DNA from: Podarcis cretensis | Taxonomy: Eukaryota | Assembly: GCA_951804945.1 (NCBI GenBank) | Contig: OX638159.1 | Coordinates: 24,676,001 to 24,740,000, forward strand | Direction of reading: 5' to 3' | DNA: 64,000 nt | In this document: positions 36,932 through 49,237 of the stretch, piece by piece | Layout of the letters: every line of letters begins with the position of its first letter | How positions within the stretch are numbered: the stretch's first letter is position 1 | Program-made: the position numbers and the translations under genes | The notes under the pieces: model-generated | Databases searched by the model: none | What the model saw: the letters and a program-made list of their open reading frames with translations, nothing else | Told to the model about the DNA's origin: nothing

Positions 36932-39900
36932 TCCTAGATGCTGGTGGTAAAAATCCATCTAGATGTTCTCTGTCCAGTCCCCCCCCCCCCCAGTGTTGAG
37001 CACTTGGTATAAAGCACCATATTCTTCGTACCATGGAATGGTGTGGTCTAAGGGACTGCAAACAGGGCAGACAACGCATGGCTCCCCTTTACCCATAGTG
37101 CCCTTGGGTTCTGCAAGCTTCAAAAGTGGTCTTGGGGAAAATTCCCAGCGCATCTGCAGACATGGCCTCCATATTCTCTTCAACTCATCCTCCAGGTGAG
37201 TTCTGAATGCTGAACTATCCCTCAAAGACCAGTTCAGCTTGGGTAGCTGTGTGCATCTCCACAACATGCAAGTATACAACATGCTAGTGCAGAGTGGTAC
37301 CTTTTCACATCCATTTTTAATCAAGAGTTTTGGGATGTTTGGCATTTAAAGAAACAAACAAACAAACAAACCTTGAGGAGTAAACCTGACTGGAGGCTCA
37401 TGGGAAATGAGGACTGACAGAAGGGTTCCAGTACCAGTTGTGACGAAGATGAAGGAATTGCCTCCCATCATTCACCACTCCACCAGCAATTGTTACATAT
37501 CCTTCACCACCGCTAGGGCAAGTTCCTGAAGACCTTGATATGCTGGCATTGGCAAATGGATTGCGAAGGATCTGAAGGGTGTGTAAGAACTTCACCTGAA
37601 AAATAAGGTTGAAAGGGTGACACACAGAAAAGGCAGCTGATACACACACACTGCATTTCAAAATACAAGGTTTAATTACACCCATGTTAGCGTTAACCGC
37701 CATGAAAGCTTTTTATTACATTTAATTGGTTGACAGGGCAGCAAGTACTAATTATAACTTGCTGTGACTTCTCTTTACAAATTAGGAGTGACAGCTTAGT
37801 GAGAAGAGGAAGAGAGGCGTATGCATGTTTAACACAAAAGCACTGGTGTGCTGAACCTTTGTCTCTGGAAGTGTGAATGTAAGATTATAAATGACACATG
37901 TTTGGTTTGTCTTAACATAATAGCCCCAAATTATCCTGCGAGTTTCACAATTACTGGTCATTGCTCTGTAGGCACTGCCTGGATGGAGCATGGACTTTGA
38001 ATTCTGGATGGAGAATGGCGTTATTAGTTTTCACTCTCATCCTTTCCGTTCCTCTGTCTCCAGTGAGACCTCCAACATTTCTGTTCCCACGTGGTTAAAA
38101 GGGGCCTTGTAGGATCTAGCACCTTGATTATCTAAGGGACAATCCTAAGCATCATTTGCTTAGAAGTAAGCTGAGCTCCCCTTGTTTTTTTTATTGAACT
38201 TGCTTCCAACCAAGAATGCTTAGAATTGCAGTCCAATGACTGAAAGTTGAGATGGGGTGGAGGAACTATGTTGCTTGGTTGATATAGAAGAATCAAGCAA
38301 ACTAAAAGAATGTGTGCAGTATTGAACCTTTTTGTCAATGGCAATCGCAGATGTTCAAATTGTGTAGACTTAATGTAAAATGAGGACCTCAGAATTGTGT
38401 CAGGCCCACTCCCTGATGTATGTACATTTACTCTCCTGAATGTCTGCATAGCTCCCTATGTGTACCTTTGAACAAATGATCATATTCATATATTCAGCTG
38501 AATGCACATAGGTCCCTCATGCAATCTGAATTTCTGCATAGGGCTATTACTGTGAGTGCATAAAAATCCCAAAATCTGCAGAAAACAAAACCATTAGTCT
38601 GGCTTCGCTGCTCTTCCCCGTGCAGCACTCACGTTTTCTATGTGTATAACTCTCTTTTTTGCCCAGTGTGAAGGAGCAGTCAAATGATCTTCCAGCTGCA
38701 GTTTGATATCCTCTTCCCAACTGCTATTTTTCTTCTAGGGGGGTTGTTGACTGCAAACAGCAGCCTTGCAGGGCAGATACCAGCTTTGGATTGGGTGGTT
38801 TTTCTTTTAGTAGGAAGCTGGTGTTGCTTTTTCCTCAGAATATAAGTGGTCAGTTTAAGATCACTTTTATAAGGAGAAAGAATGATGATACCATGTGTAG
38901 CTCCCCCTTTTGGATTGGTGTTTGCAAGAGCTAGTGCTTAATGGATGATAAAGATTGGGCTGGAACCAGAATCCTAGGTAATATAGGCCTTAAAAAAATA
39001 GAGCTTCAGATGACCACAACTTGCCTTGTAAGGAGAAAAGTAGAGTGCTATTGTGAGGTACTTCCAATGATATGTCCCTAATCAAAGCACTGGCAGAAAC
39101 CAATCTTCCAGTTATGCATGCAGATGTCTGGACATTTTGATTACTGCAACTATTGGTTATGATAATATGCACAACATATTTCAGTGTTTAGCGCTTAATG
39201 CACTAGGATTGTAGTTTCATTTAGGATTTGGTAAGAAAAATCAAAGCTTCATTGGCATTTCACGAAAAGAAGCTCGATCTGTTTTCTTCTCCTGTGAAAG
39301 TACCGTCTCTAATTCTGTCACTCATAATCTTTCCAGAGGAATACTGTACGCCAGGCGACTTCTGCAGTCAATAATGCACTTTATAACATCCTGTTTTTCC
39401 TGTGATGATTATCCAAGTGAGTTCTGGTTGTCACCTGCCTGCACAAGAATGCCTGTCAATTCTGACAAGAAAACAAGAGGAAAAACACGAAACAAGCTAG
39501 GTACATTATTGCAGTAATAAAAAGGCTACGCTGGCTACTTTTATGCACCCCCTTCTGAGGTTGATGATGAAGACTTCATTGTGTTTACAATTAGATCTCC
39601 CGTTTCTTTCATGTTATTCAACTAAAATAAAAAGGTGAGTTTTAAAGTAATAATATGCTTAAGTAAATGGTTTCCCATTCTTTGTTTGTATTTTACTTTA
39701 TATATTCTGCATAGCTGTTTCGTAGACATTCATAAAACTACCTTGGGGTGAGCATTCTTCCCTACGTGCTCTATTGTGCTGATATTAAACTGCTTACTGT
39801 GTGTGTTTGTGTGTAAATGATTTTATCAATGTCCAGCCTAATTTTTTTAATCATCACACTGTGCAGTGCAGCAAAGAGCAACACTGCACAAGTTTTTACA

Positions 39901-40327
39901 TGGTTATGAATTTTAAAATAACAGGAAGGTCCAAATGTAGACCAGAGTAAAGTACTGTGATTTAAAAGAATAATATTTTTAAATGAACATATCTGTGGGT
40001 CTGTGTATGTGTGTGTACGCATTAAACACAAAGTATAGAAAAAGGCCTGCATGCGCACACACACACCTTTAAACATCCATAAAAGTATGTTAAGAATCTT
40101 GATTGACTCAGGTTTCTGAGAAGTGTATGGTGCATGGGTATTTAAAAATGTGTGTTACCATATGTATCATGCCTGCCACTTTCATAGTTGCTATGATAAT
40201 CTCTGAAATAGTTGAGAGATTGCCGCCTTCCCTCCAGACCTTTTTGACCTAAGCTCAACTGATAGCGTTCTCTTGGTTAGCTATACCAAGAGATTTGTGG
40301 GGTGGCAGACCAGAAAAGAGCATTCAA

Positions 40328-40466
40328 TATGGTGTATGGAACCTTTGGTCCTCCAGACGTTGCTGAATTGCAACTCCCATCATCCTTTGCCATTGACCAT
40401 TCATGCTCGGGCTGATGGGAGCTGTTGTTCAGCATCATCTGGAGGACCAAAGGTTCCACAAACCTG
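40328..40466. mobile_element. hAT-type palindromic MITE
   Basis: Inverted arms ggaacctttggtcctccaga / tctggaggaccaaaggttcc. Confidence 0.8.
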
Positions 40467-41587
40467 CTGGAAGCTGTGGAATTCGCTACCCACATATGTG
40501 TGTCTGGCACTTTCATTGTGTAGTTTACACTGTGGTGAAGATGTACCATGGCCTTTGGCACCTGATATATGCATACAGAAATATTTTAGGACTCACCCTG
40601 TTCTCTGGACTCTAATTTGTTTTATCTAATTTTAATATTGCATTTCTAAATAGTAAGCAGCCCTGGGACCTCATGGTAAAGGTAAAAAAAATCAAATAAG
40701 TAAATAAACTACTAATACTATTAAATAATAAGAATTATAATACATGGAGTTTTTTTCAAAGTAAATGAAAAAAGCCTTCTGTGCATTGCTATCAGAAGCC
40801 TTGCTATGCCTCCTTTAAATACTATTATGTCAGCTTGATACCTAGTATTTCTCAAGTACTCTAAAAAAAAAATTCAGTTATATTTGACACAGTGTAAGCC
40901 CTTCAAATCAGTGTTTCAGTATAATGTAAGCAAAGTCAAAGTACATAAGAACCACTCTTTTTGTACAGTTGTGAATGAGAGAAATGCATCTATATTCTTT
41001 AAACCAGTTGCAGCACCAGCATTATTATAATTAAACAGTCACTCATTTTACAAACTAAAACAAAAGGCAACATTAAATTACGTTTTTTGGTCAACTAAGC
41101 TGTTGCTTTGATCTATTTTTTATTTCACTTTGCACATAGTCACATTTTTAAAAGCCTTATTTAAACATATTTAAGCAATTTAATTTTTTTAATCAAGTAG
41201 TGGTTTAGGACTCAGTTGAGACCAAAATGTTTGTTTGGTTGCACTACTACATATGTTAAATTGGCAAAGCAACGGTGATCAATCGTTTTAGTGCAAGTTA
41301 TTTCTGTTCAGTGGTTATGTAAATAAATTTGAGTTTTGATTAGAAGTATGACAGAATTGGCTCCCAAGTTTAACACACCCACCCCAAAACACATTCCACT
41401 TTAGGATTTTACCTCATGTAGCTAAGGAAATCCCAAATGCTTACGCAAGAATCAATCTTTTAAGGTGCCACATACACTGTTGGCTACCCCTCTCAAACTT
41501 GTTTAAACAGTTCCTGTACCTCAAAGAGCATTTTGAGAAGAACTAGATCAATGAAAATAAAACTGTCCCCAAACTCAAGAGTGCTGG

Positions 41588-41762
41588 GAAGGAATATGAG
41601 TCAGTAGCAGCACATCCGCCCTGCACACATTCCAGCCTCTGTCCCTGGCATCTCCCAATGGGGCTGGGAAAGACCGCGAACTGAAATTCTGGCTAGGTTC
41701 TTCCAGTCAGTATGAACAGCAAGACCGATGAACTAAAGTTCTGACAGCTTTTTGTGCTCCTA
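41588..41762 (+). mobile_element. Degenerate copy of the same tRNA-SINE
   Basis: tccctggcatctccc...gggctgggaaagac...ctgaaattctgg...ccagtcagtatgaac. Confidence 0.6.
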
Positions 41763-44377
41763 ACTCAAGTGGTAAAAGCCCCCGACCAATAAAAAAATGT
41801 CGAATGAACCCTAAAATGATTTCTCCCCTTGTTCTGTACTAAAATACATGAAATGAGGACTGCAAAATAGTTTGGTCCATCTCCCCAGCTAGAGGGACTA
41901 AATCTGAAGATGAAAATGGGGCTCAAGTACCTTTTATGGTGGCTGGAAAACTTTGGGAAGCTACCTAGGTAAGGAAAGCTTCAGCAGATGGAAGCTGCTC
42001 CTCTATATACTATATAATAGAATATTCTCGTCCTTCTTTGCATCCTGTCCCCAAATGTGCAGCTAACCTCTCCTTTGACTGTGGAAGAACTTAGCCTGCT
42101 GGGATATCCCTGGGGCAATTAAGTTCATGGCATTGTCAAGTCACTCATTGTATCCCAGTCTTTTTGTCGGCTACTATGAAGGACAAAAGATGGGCCTCAT
42201 TCAATCAGAAATGCCGTCTTTAATACCAAGGAAACATGCCGCATTGCAAGATGACTGTACATTGGTATAATTGTTCTCCCCAGAGACTCTTTTAAGTCCC
42301 CTACGAATAAGTGAAACACCCACTCCATTTAAATAAGAGGCTAGGAGGAAAACATTCTGTGTGGGATTGGCAGAAGTGTTCAGATCCCTTCTGCAGCCTG
42401 ATTTTTAAACGTTGTGTTGATTGAGTGAGAAACTGACTTGTTTGTGGCAGCATAAGATTGCTTTGCAGAGGCATCTTCATTCACTGGTAATGTCAACTGC
42501 TGAATTGCATGTATGAATGAGAGATCCCAGATTAAAAAAAAAAAATGACAGGGAACACTTATATTGTCAACTCCAACATATCAGATCCTATCCAAACAAG
42601 CACAGAAAGAAAATTTCCCATACTCTTTCCACTGTAAATCCCAGCTTCCAAGAAACATCTCCTCAGGATCAGGGAGTCCCATTAAAGACCTCAGATGTGG
42701 GGCTGAGGGCCTTTGCAATGTAATCCTTTTGCTGTTAAAGAAAACAAGGAAAAAATAACTCCTGTATGGGCTCAAGGCAGATCCAGGTTTCAAAATGCAG
42801 ATTTGCTAGCATCGTGACTACTTTGTTTCCAGGCTACTTCTGCAGCTCCTTTGCCTTTTGCTGCAGTCGTGTGACTCTTGTTATCATTATCTCATTCTCA
42901 TGAAGACTTAAATCATATGCAGGCATTTTGCTCTCATGCAAACATTACCTGCAAGCAGAGGTGTGCATCACCCAACAGCATCTGGGTCTCAAGGTCTGAG
43001 ACTCATGTAGTTCAGCCACCTGTGGGTTTAAGAAGCCTGGTTTTTCCAGGGCTCTGAAACACACTGCAACCTCCATGAATACAGAAAGCTACCCACTTCA
43101 GATAAGTAGCCAAGGTGCTGCCCTCCAAATACTGTGGCCTACAACTCCCATCATCCTATCATGTCCTGGCTGGGCTGATGGAAAATAGTACACAAGACAT
43201 ATTCAGGGCATTACACTGGCTTTTGACCTTCATCTTACATTAGTGGTAAGGCAATGGGGATGGCAGTGAGGTGGAACTTAGGAAGCTATTCCCACATAAG
43301 GCTAAAGAGGCAGAGCAAATGAGTGTCTAGATGTTCCTTGTGCTTGTGGTTGCACTTCCCTTCCTCCACTTCTTTTTTTATTTATTAAAACAGCTTATCT
43401 GGCATTTGTTTTCAGTGGGGCAGCCTGACTGCATTTCCTGTGTGCCGTTCTCATTAGCCAAATTTCCTCCAAACCTTTGTCCTTTCCAAAGAACTTTTGC
43501 CAGAAGGTTAAATGGAATGCCCCCAGTTGCATAGCACTATGAATATTTATGATGGTGTAATGGTGAGGGGTTTGGGGTGGGTTTTGTTTTTTGCATCCAT
43601 GAATACTAAAGGTATTTTTCTCAAGAACAGATAACGAGATCGGGACAAAACAGTGATGTCACTGAGTGTGGAAACCCCACCGGGAACAGCAGGGGGGGCT
43701 CCGTCCTTCCCGCCCCTGCCCTTTCCTCCTTCAGCTGCAACCGACAAGTAAGACAGGATATACACAGCTTCATAGAAAAGCGGGAGCTTTAGCTGCTCTG
43801 TATTTCATCATCACCTCCTGTGCACTTCATTTGGGGAGGCTCAAGGGTTTCAACAATAAAGTGACCTTCAACTTTGGAACACAAGGGGTTAGTCCCGAAA
43901 TTCTCAGGGCAGCTTTTGCGTCTGAAGCAGAGTTGGGAGCTGCTGTTTTGCATTCTCTTCAGGAGCAACTGACTGGAAAGTCCTTACAATAGCTTGAAGT
44001 TTTAAGTTTTGCACTGTCTTTCAAGTAGGCCAGTAAGTCTTGTGAAAGGGAATAGAAAGGCGGCACAAACGCCGTCACGTTGAGAACGCAGTGGAAGTTT
44101 TTAAAGAAGAAAACAATTTATTAGGGATTGCAATGAAGACAAGTTTCAGCTTAGATCTCTTTTAGATCCCAGTTTACAGCTATTTTAACACAGGCTGATT
44201 GGACTTTTTGTGGTGTTATATTTCCTGTATATATACATGGAGCAGTGATGGCAGCAGTAGAGGCTGGTTCATTAGGGCAAATGAGGCACTGCCCCACTAA
44301 TCCTAGTCTACCTCAGACAGCACCCACTTGCCTGCCTTCTTACTGACCAGTCCAGGCAGCATCCCTGGCTATTAATT

Positions 44378-44436
44378 TCCTCCTCCTCCTCCTCCTCCTC
44401 CTCCTCCTCCTCCTCCTCCTCCTCCTCCTCCTCCTC
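44378..44436. repeat. (TCC)~19 microsatellite within a degenerate DNA-transposon-like element (~44253-44560)
   Basis: Repeat read directly; flanks cagtagaggctgg ... gccaccactg. Confidence 0.9.
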
Positions 44437-45898
44437 AGTGTTGTACTTGTAGGACTCAGTGTGGAGGAAGATGGGGGTAAAACTAAAATCAGTTCACTCT
44501 GCCTGCTGCTGGCCTCCCTGCCTTTCAACCCACCAGTCTTTCTGGGGAAAAGCCACCACTGTAAATGATAATACTTCCTCCTCTCCCACCATATTCTTTA
44601 ACCAGGAATTACCAAACAGGTGTCTTGCTTTTATATTCCTCTGCTCCATGAGGATGTCATGCATATGGGCACATTGCGAAACTGAACTTTTGGTTTTTTG
44701 GCCCTATACTTGCTTATTTTAGGAGACCTCCCCTCCTGCTCCCTGGCTCTCTCATTCACTGAGAGGCCAAGGAAGAAAAGGAGGCCTGTTTTCACCACCC
44801 TGCTAGCAGATTTGGGCTGCACATCTCTTGAGACATTCTGCGTCATAGCTAGGGAAGATCGGCAAGCAAAAAGCAGGAGGGTCCTGCTCCCAGTAGCTTT
44901 GAGGGATGGCCTCCAAGTGCTAGAGTACTTGTGGTTTCAAAAAACAAAAATAAAGTGGAATTCATTGACCTCTCACTATAAATGTTTATCCAGTGTGATT
45001 TCCATTAGATGGACACTGGCCTTGTTTTCATCTCCAGACCGTTCTGTAATTGCGGTTTCAACTTAATACTGTGCTGTCACATCATATGCATCGTCCGCCA
45101 TCCCCATCTGTCGAAGGGGCACAGCTGGGAGGCTGAAACCACTCATGCCGTGCGGCACTCCAGAAACACTCATCTCAATGCAGGCCTCTTTTAAAACAAC
45201 CTGTCAAACAGCATATTTGCAAATCTCTTCATGGGATGTCACAGTAAAAGGACACAAGCCCGGAAACCTCATGCATTGGCTGAAATGTCACCATTCCATT
45301 GGAGGACAGTGAGATGTTCAGTAGCTAAACTATTTAGCTGTTGTGCTTGCTAGGCTATTGCAAGGGCAAGGGTGCTGTAAGGGCACAATCCTGTGGACAG
45401 TTTGTGTTTATAACAGGCTGTGACTGCGGTAGATTCAGCGTCACATTAACTCATAAATTACCCAAGCTAGTTTTTCTGAGCCAACCCAAGCTCTCAGAAG
45501 AACTGCACCCACCTGTGCAGTTAGTCACTGGCACTTTAGCTGTATACTGCTGTTCCACATTACACTCAAAGTGGTTCACGCCAAAGCATGACCAGGAACC
45601 CAAGAGCAAATACATCACGGTCTAAAATGCTGATACAGGACAATTCAAAATAATTTCATAATAACAGCTGCATAGTTTCTGGCACCTGCTGAAAAAGTGC
45701 TATGGTTAGGCATGCCTACCAAGGTTTGTGACATGCATCTTAACATGCAATTTGATATGTAACACTAGTGCTTTTACTTATATTTTGAAAGTTTTAGGTC
45801 AACTTCTTTTAACAGCTGGTTTTATCAATAGGTTTAATGTATATAATATATAAACTGATTGGACATTTTTATGATTAAGCAGCATATAAATCCTATCA

Positions 45899-46212
45899 GC
45901 AGTTTGAATCTGTACAACGGGGTGAGCTCCCATTGCTCTGTCCCAGCTCCTGCCAACTTAGCAGTTTGAAAGCATGCCAGTGCAAGTAGATAGATAGGTA
46001 CTACTGTGGTGGGAAGGTAAATGGCATTTCCATGCACTCTGGTTTCTGTCACAGTGTTTTGTTGCACCAGAAGAGTTTAGTCATGCTGGCCACATGACCC
46101 GGAATGCTGTCTGTGGGCAAATGCCAGCTCCCTTGGCCTGAAGCGAGATGATCACTGCACCCTGTAGTTGCCTTTGACTAGACTTAACAATCAGGGGGTC
46201 CTTTACCTTTAC
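45899..46212 (+). mobile_element. Sauria SINE, 5'-truncated, older subfamily
   Basis: ggtgagctcccattgctctgtcccagctcctgccaac...gtgcaagtagata...ggggtcctttacctttac, with many CpG>TpG changes. Confidence 0.9.
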
Positions 46213-46660
46213 TTATTACCTATCAAAATAAAATAAATAAACCAATAATAACACAGCATCAGTATCAGACATATCACAATTGTTTGTAAGAACAAAATGA
46301 AGTAGACTCTGTCCTTAGTGGTAGCAGCAGGGCCCCTTTAAAGGGGTTGATGAAGGTGGCAGAAGCAGTCCTCAGGCTCAGATGTTGGCTGGAACAGGGA
46401 AGAGCATCTTCTGGCTTGACTGGTAAGTCTCAGATAGCAACACTCTCCTCTTGGGTGAAGGTAGTGCAATTGGTAACCCAATGAGCTCTTTTGAAGCACT
46501 GCAGAGGGAGGCAGGGCCAGTTCTAGGTGTTGCCAGTAATAGAAAGAAAACCTACTCCAGCCTATTAGGTAAGGCACAAGTAGCAAAACTTTCATCTATG
46601 GTGGTGGTGGTCTCTGCAATACTGACATGGTGTCAGATGTAGTATGTTTCTGGATATTCA

Positions 46661-46790
46661 TTATGGGGAATCACAGGTGGGTAGAGTGCTCTTGTGCTGA
46701 GCTCCGGCTTCTGGGCTTCCCATCAGCACCTGATTGGCCACTGAGAGAGCAGGATGCTGGGCTAGATGGGCCATTCTGGTATTCTTATGT
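46661..46790 (+). mobile_element. CR1 3' tail fragment
   Basis: gggcttcccatcagcacctgattggccactgagagagcaggatgctgggctagatgggcca...ttcttatgt. Confidence 0.7.
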
Positions 46791-49041
46791 ATACAAAGTG
46801 GGTGAACAGATTGCAGGGATAAATTCAGTGGGTAAGGAGCCCACCACTTACGGGATCCACGTGATGGTGGACTTTAACCCCCTCCTGCTGTATTTCATTT
46901 TGCAGCCTCTTTACTCTGCTGGTCATGGAGCAGTGTAGCTCCTCTAGGTCAGGAATGGGCAGAATGTAGCCTGGGATCTACTGATAAATGTCTGGGTGAT
47001 CAGCAGTAGAATGGCAAAGATTTCTGATAGCCAACTGTTCAACAGCTGGATGCTGTTTATGCAGCATCCAGTAAAAGGGCACATTACGCTTTGTCTTGTA
47101 ACATCTAGCATGAGCACACAGTTCAACTAGTGACGATAGAAGAAAGCATCAGGGCAACATGTACTTAGGTAATTTCATTCATTTGGATAATTTTGCATTA
47201 CAATACCAAGTAGTAGTTAGGTTCTGCCGTCATATGTAGGATGCAAAATTCATTCCTCCAATAAATTCTCCTCCCATACACCCCCCAGCTTAACACAGCT
47301 AGTTTTGCTAACTGGGAGAAGTCTCCCCCTTAGTTTGGTCTTCTGCTAAATATTGCCCCATGCATTCCGTAAGCTCATGGCTGGCCAAACTGTCCAGCTA
47401 TGCTCTTATGTTTTCATATGTCTCGGCGGCAGCAAAAGCCTAAAGCAAACAGAAAATTCTAGTCTGCTAGTCCAGCTCCCCTCCCCTTGAAAGTGAGGCA
47501 TCAGCTCTGTCTCCATTAGTTTATAACTGACACACCTATCTGCCAGGGATCTGTAATTATTTAACATGTCCATGCCAAATACTGACCATGTCCTTATTAT
47601 CTTTTATAACTGCATTTCATTTGCACAGGTATTCACAAGATCTGTGGCACCATTCGCCCATCTTTCATCTGCCCTGTGATTGCTTCAGCTCTCTTGTCAG
47701 GAGTGGATGAAATGTCTACACCCTGGCTGCAGGCAAAGGGTTTTTGTTAACGGCTGAGAAATTTTGAAAAAAACAGGAACCCACAACCTTTGATCTAGCA
47801 CCTCAGGGAGAAAGTGTAGTGGACAAAAAGTCACCTACTAGCTTGCAATTTGACTCGGGTTTTTTGTTTTGCTTTTTTAAAAACAACAACCACAGTGTGT
47901 TGTGCTTAGGCATTTCTGCGTTCAGTATCTATACAAACTGTTTCACTTAGGTGTTATCTAGATGGTTCATTTCTTGGACTGAAAAGTTTTTCTTAAAAGA
48001 AAAGCCAAGGAATTTGACTAGACTGCTGTAGCTTAAATACTATTGCTAATGTACAGCTCTTTTAGAGGTCACAGAGGCATGGGGGAGAGTCTATTCACAC
48101 AAGCTTGTTAGATGGTGATTTCAACAACCACTTGGTGATTAGATACCATCAACAGTCAGCTGTCTACGAGGGTTTATGTGAATTTTCTCACTCAGTTTAT
48201 CACAGGTGGGCCAATGACTTGGTTGCATGGCAGAGATGATGGGCGGTGCTTTGCTGAAGTTTCTGCAGCCATCACATGTCAATTGGCACAAATGTATAAG
48301 TTCCGGAAAAATAAGAGGAATCCTATTTTATGCTATATGCACATATGCACAGATGCATACATGCACCACTTGTCACAATGATCCTTTAAAACTGCCAAGA
48401 TGATAAGAGTGTTCACATATGGCACCCTAGAAACTATTTGATATAGATATATTGTACACCAGCAGCATAGTGATTGTGAAAAATAGATGTGGGTCTTGTT
48501 TGTATGGGAAATTGTGGTAACACAATCCATTTTTTCAGAACAATGCTCCATGGCAGAGCTGCTTATTTTCCCTGGGTATATTGTCTTTCTTTGCCTGAAC
48601 TGCCATGTTTCACAGGAAAATCATGAAGGAACACTGATGGGGGGCGGGAATATTGAGAAGCAGAAAATGGTAATATTCAAAAAAATTAAAATAAAGTTAT
48701 GTTTGTTTGTTTTTAAAAAATCAGTATACTTTATCACTACAACTGGCGAAGCCATTCTGTACATGTAGCAAAATTATACACTGCAGATGTGGAAAGGATG
48801 CATAGAAGGAAGACTCATTGTTTAATACATGTATGTCTGTAGCAGCTGCACTTACATGCTTTTGGACAGGAGTACTGACTCATCTATGGCTTTCAGTTAC
48901 AGCCGGGGTAAATCCTGGTCATTAGTGGAACAAACAGTACAGTCCTGCACATGCCTAATCAGAAGTAAGATCCACTGAATTTCAATGAAGCTTTCCCCCA
49001 GATACATGTATACAGCATTGCACCCTAATTAAGTTTAAAAT

Positions 49042-49237
49042 TAGGGGCAGGAAATCTGTGGCCCTCCAGATGTTGTTGGGGCACCAAGTTCCATTCTTCT
49101 TCTTCTTTGTGATCACTCATATCTGAGTAAGATTGTCTTCCACCAAATCCCATTACCCTCATCCAACACTGTCAATGGTCAGGGATGAGGGGAGTTGGTC
49201 CAACTACATCTGGAAAGTCACAGGTTCCCCATTTCTG
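49042..49237. mobile_element. hAT-type MITE carrying a nested 45-bp LINE 3' end (49096-49140, minus strand)
   Basis: MITE arms gtggccctccagatgttgttgg / ccaactacatctggaaagtcacaggttcccc. Insert (CTT)n-tgatcactc...gagtaagattgtcttcca flanked by caccaagttccatt / caccaaatcccatt. Confidence 0.75.

Noticed and set aside
44340-44528. Poly-Arg (protamine-like) ORF
   Set aside because: Translation of the (TCC)n microsatellite.
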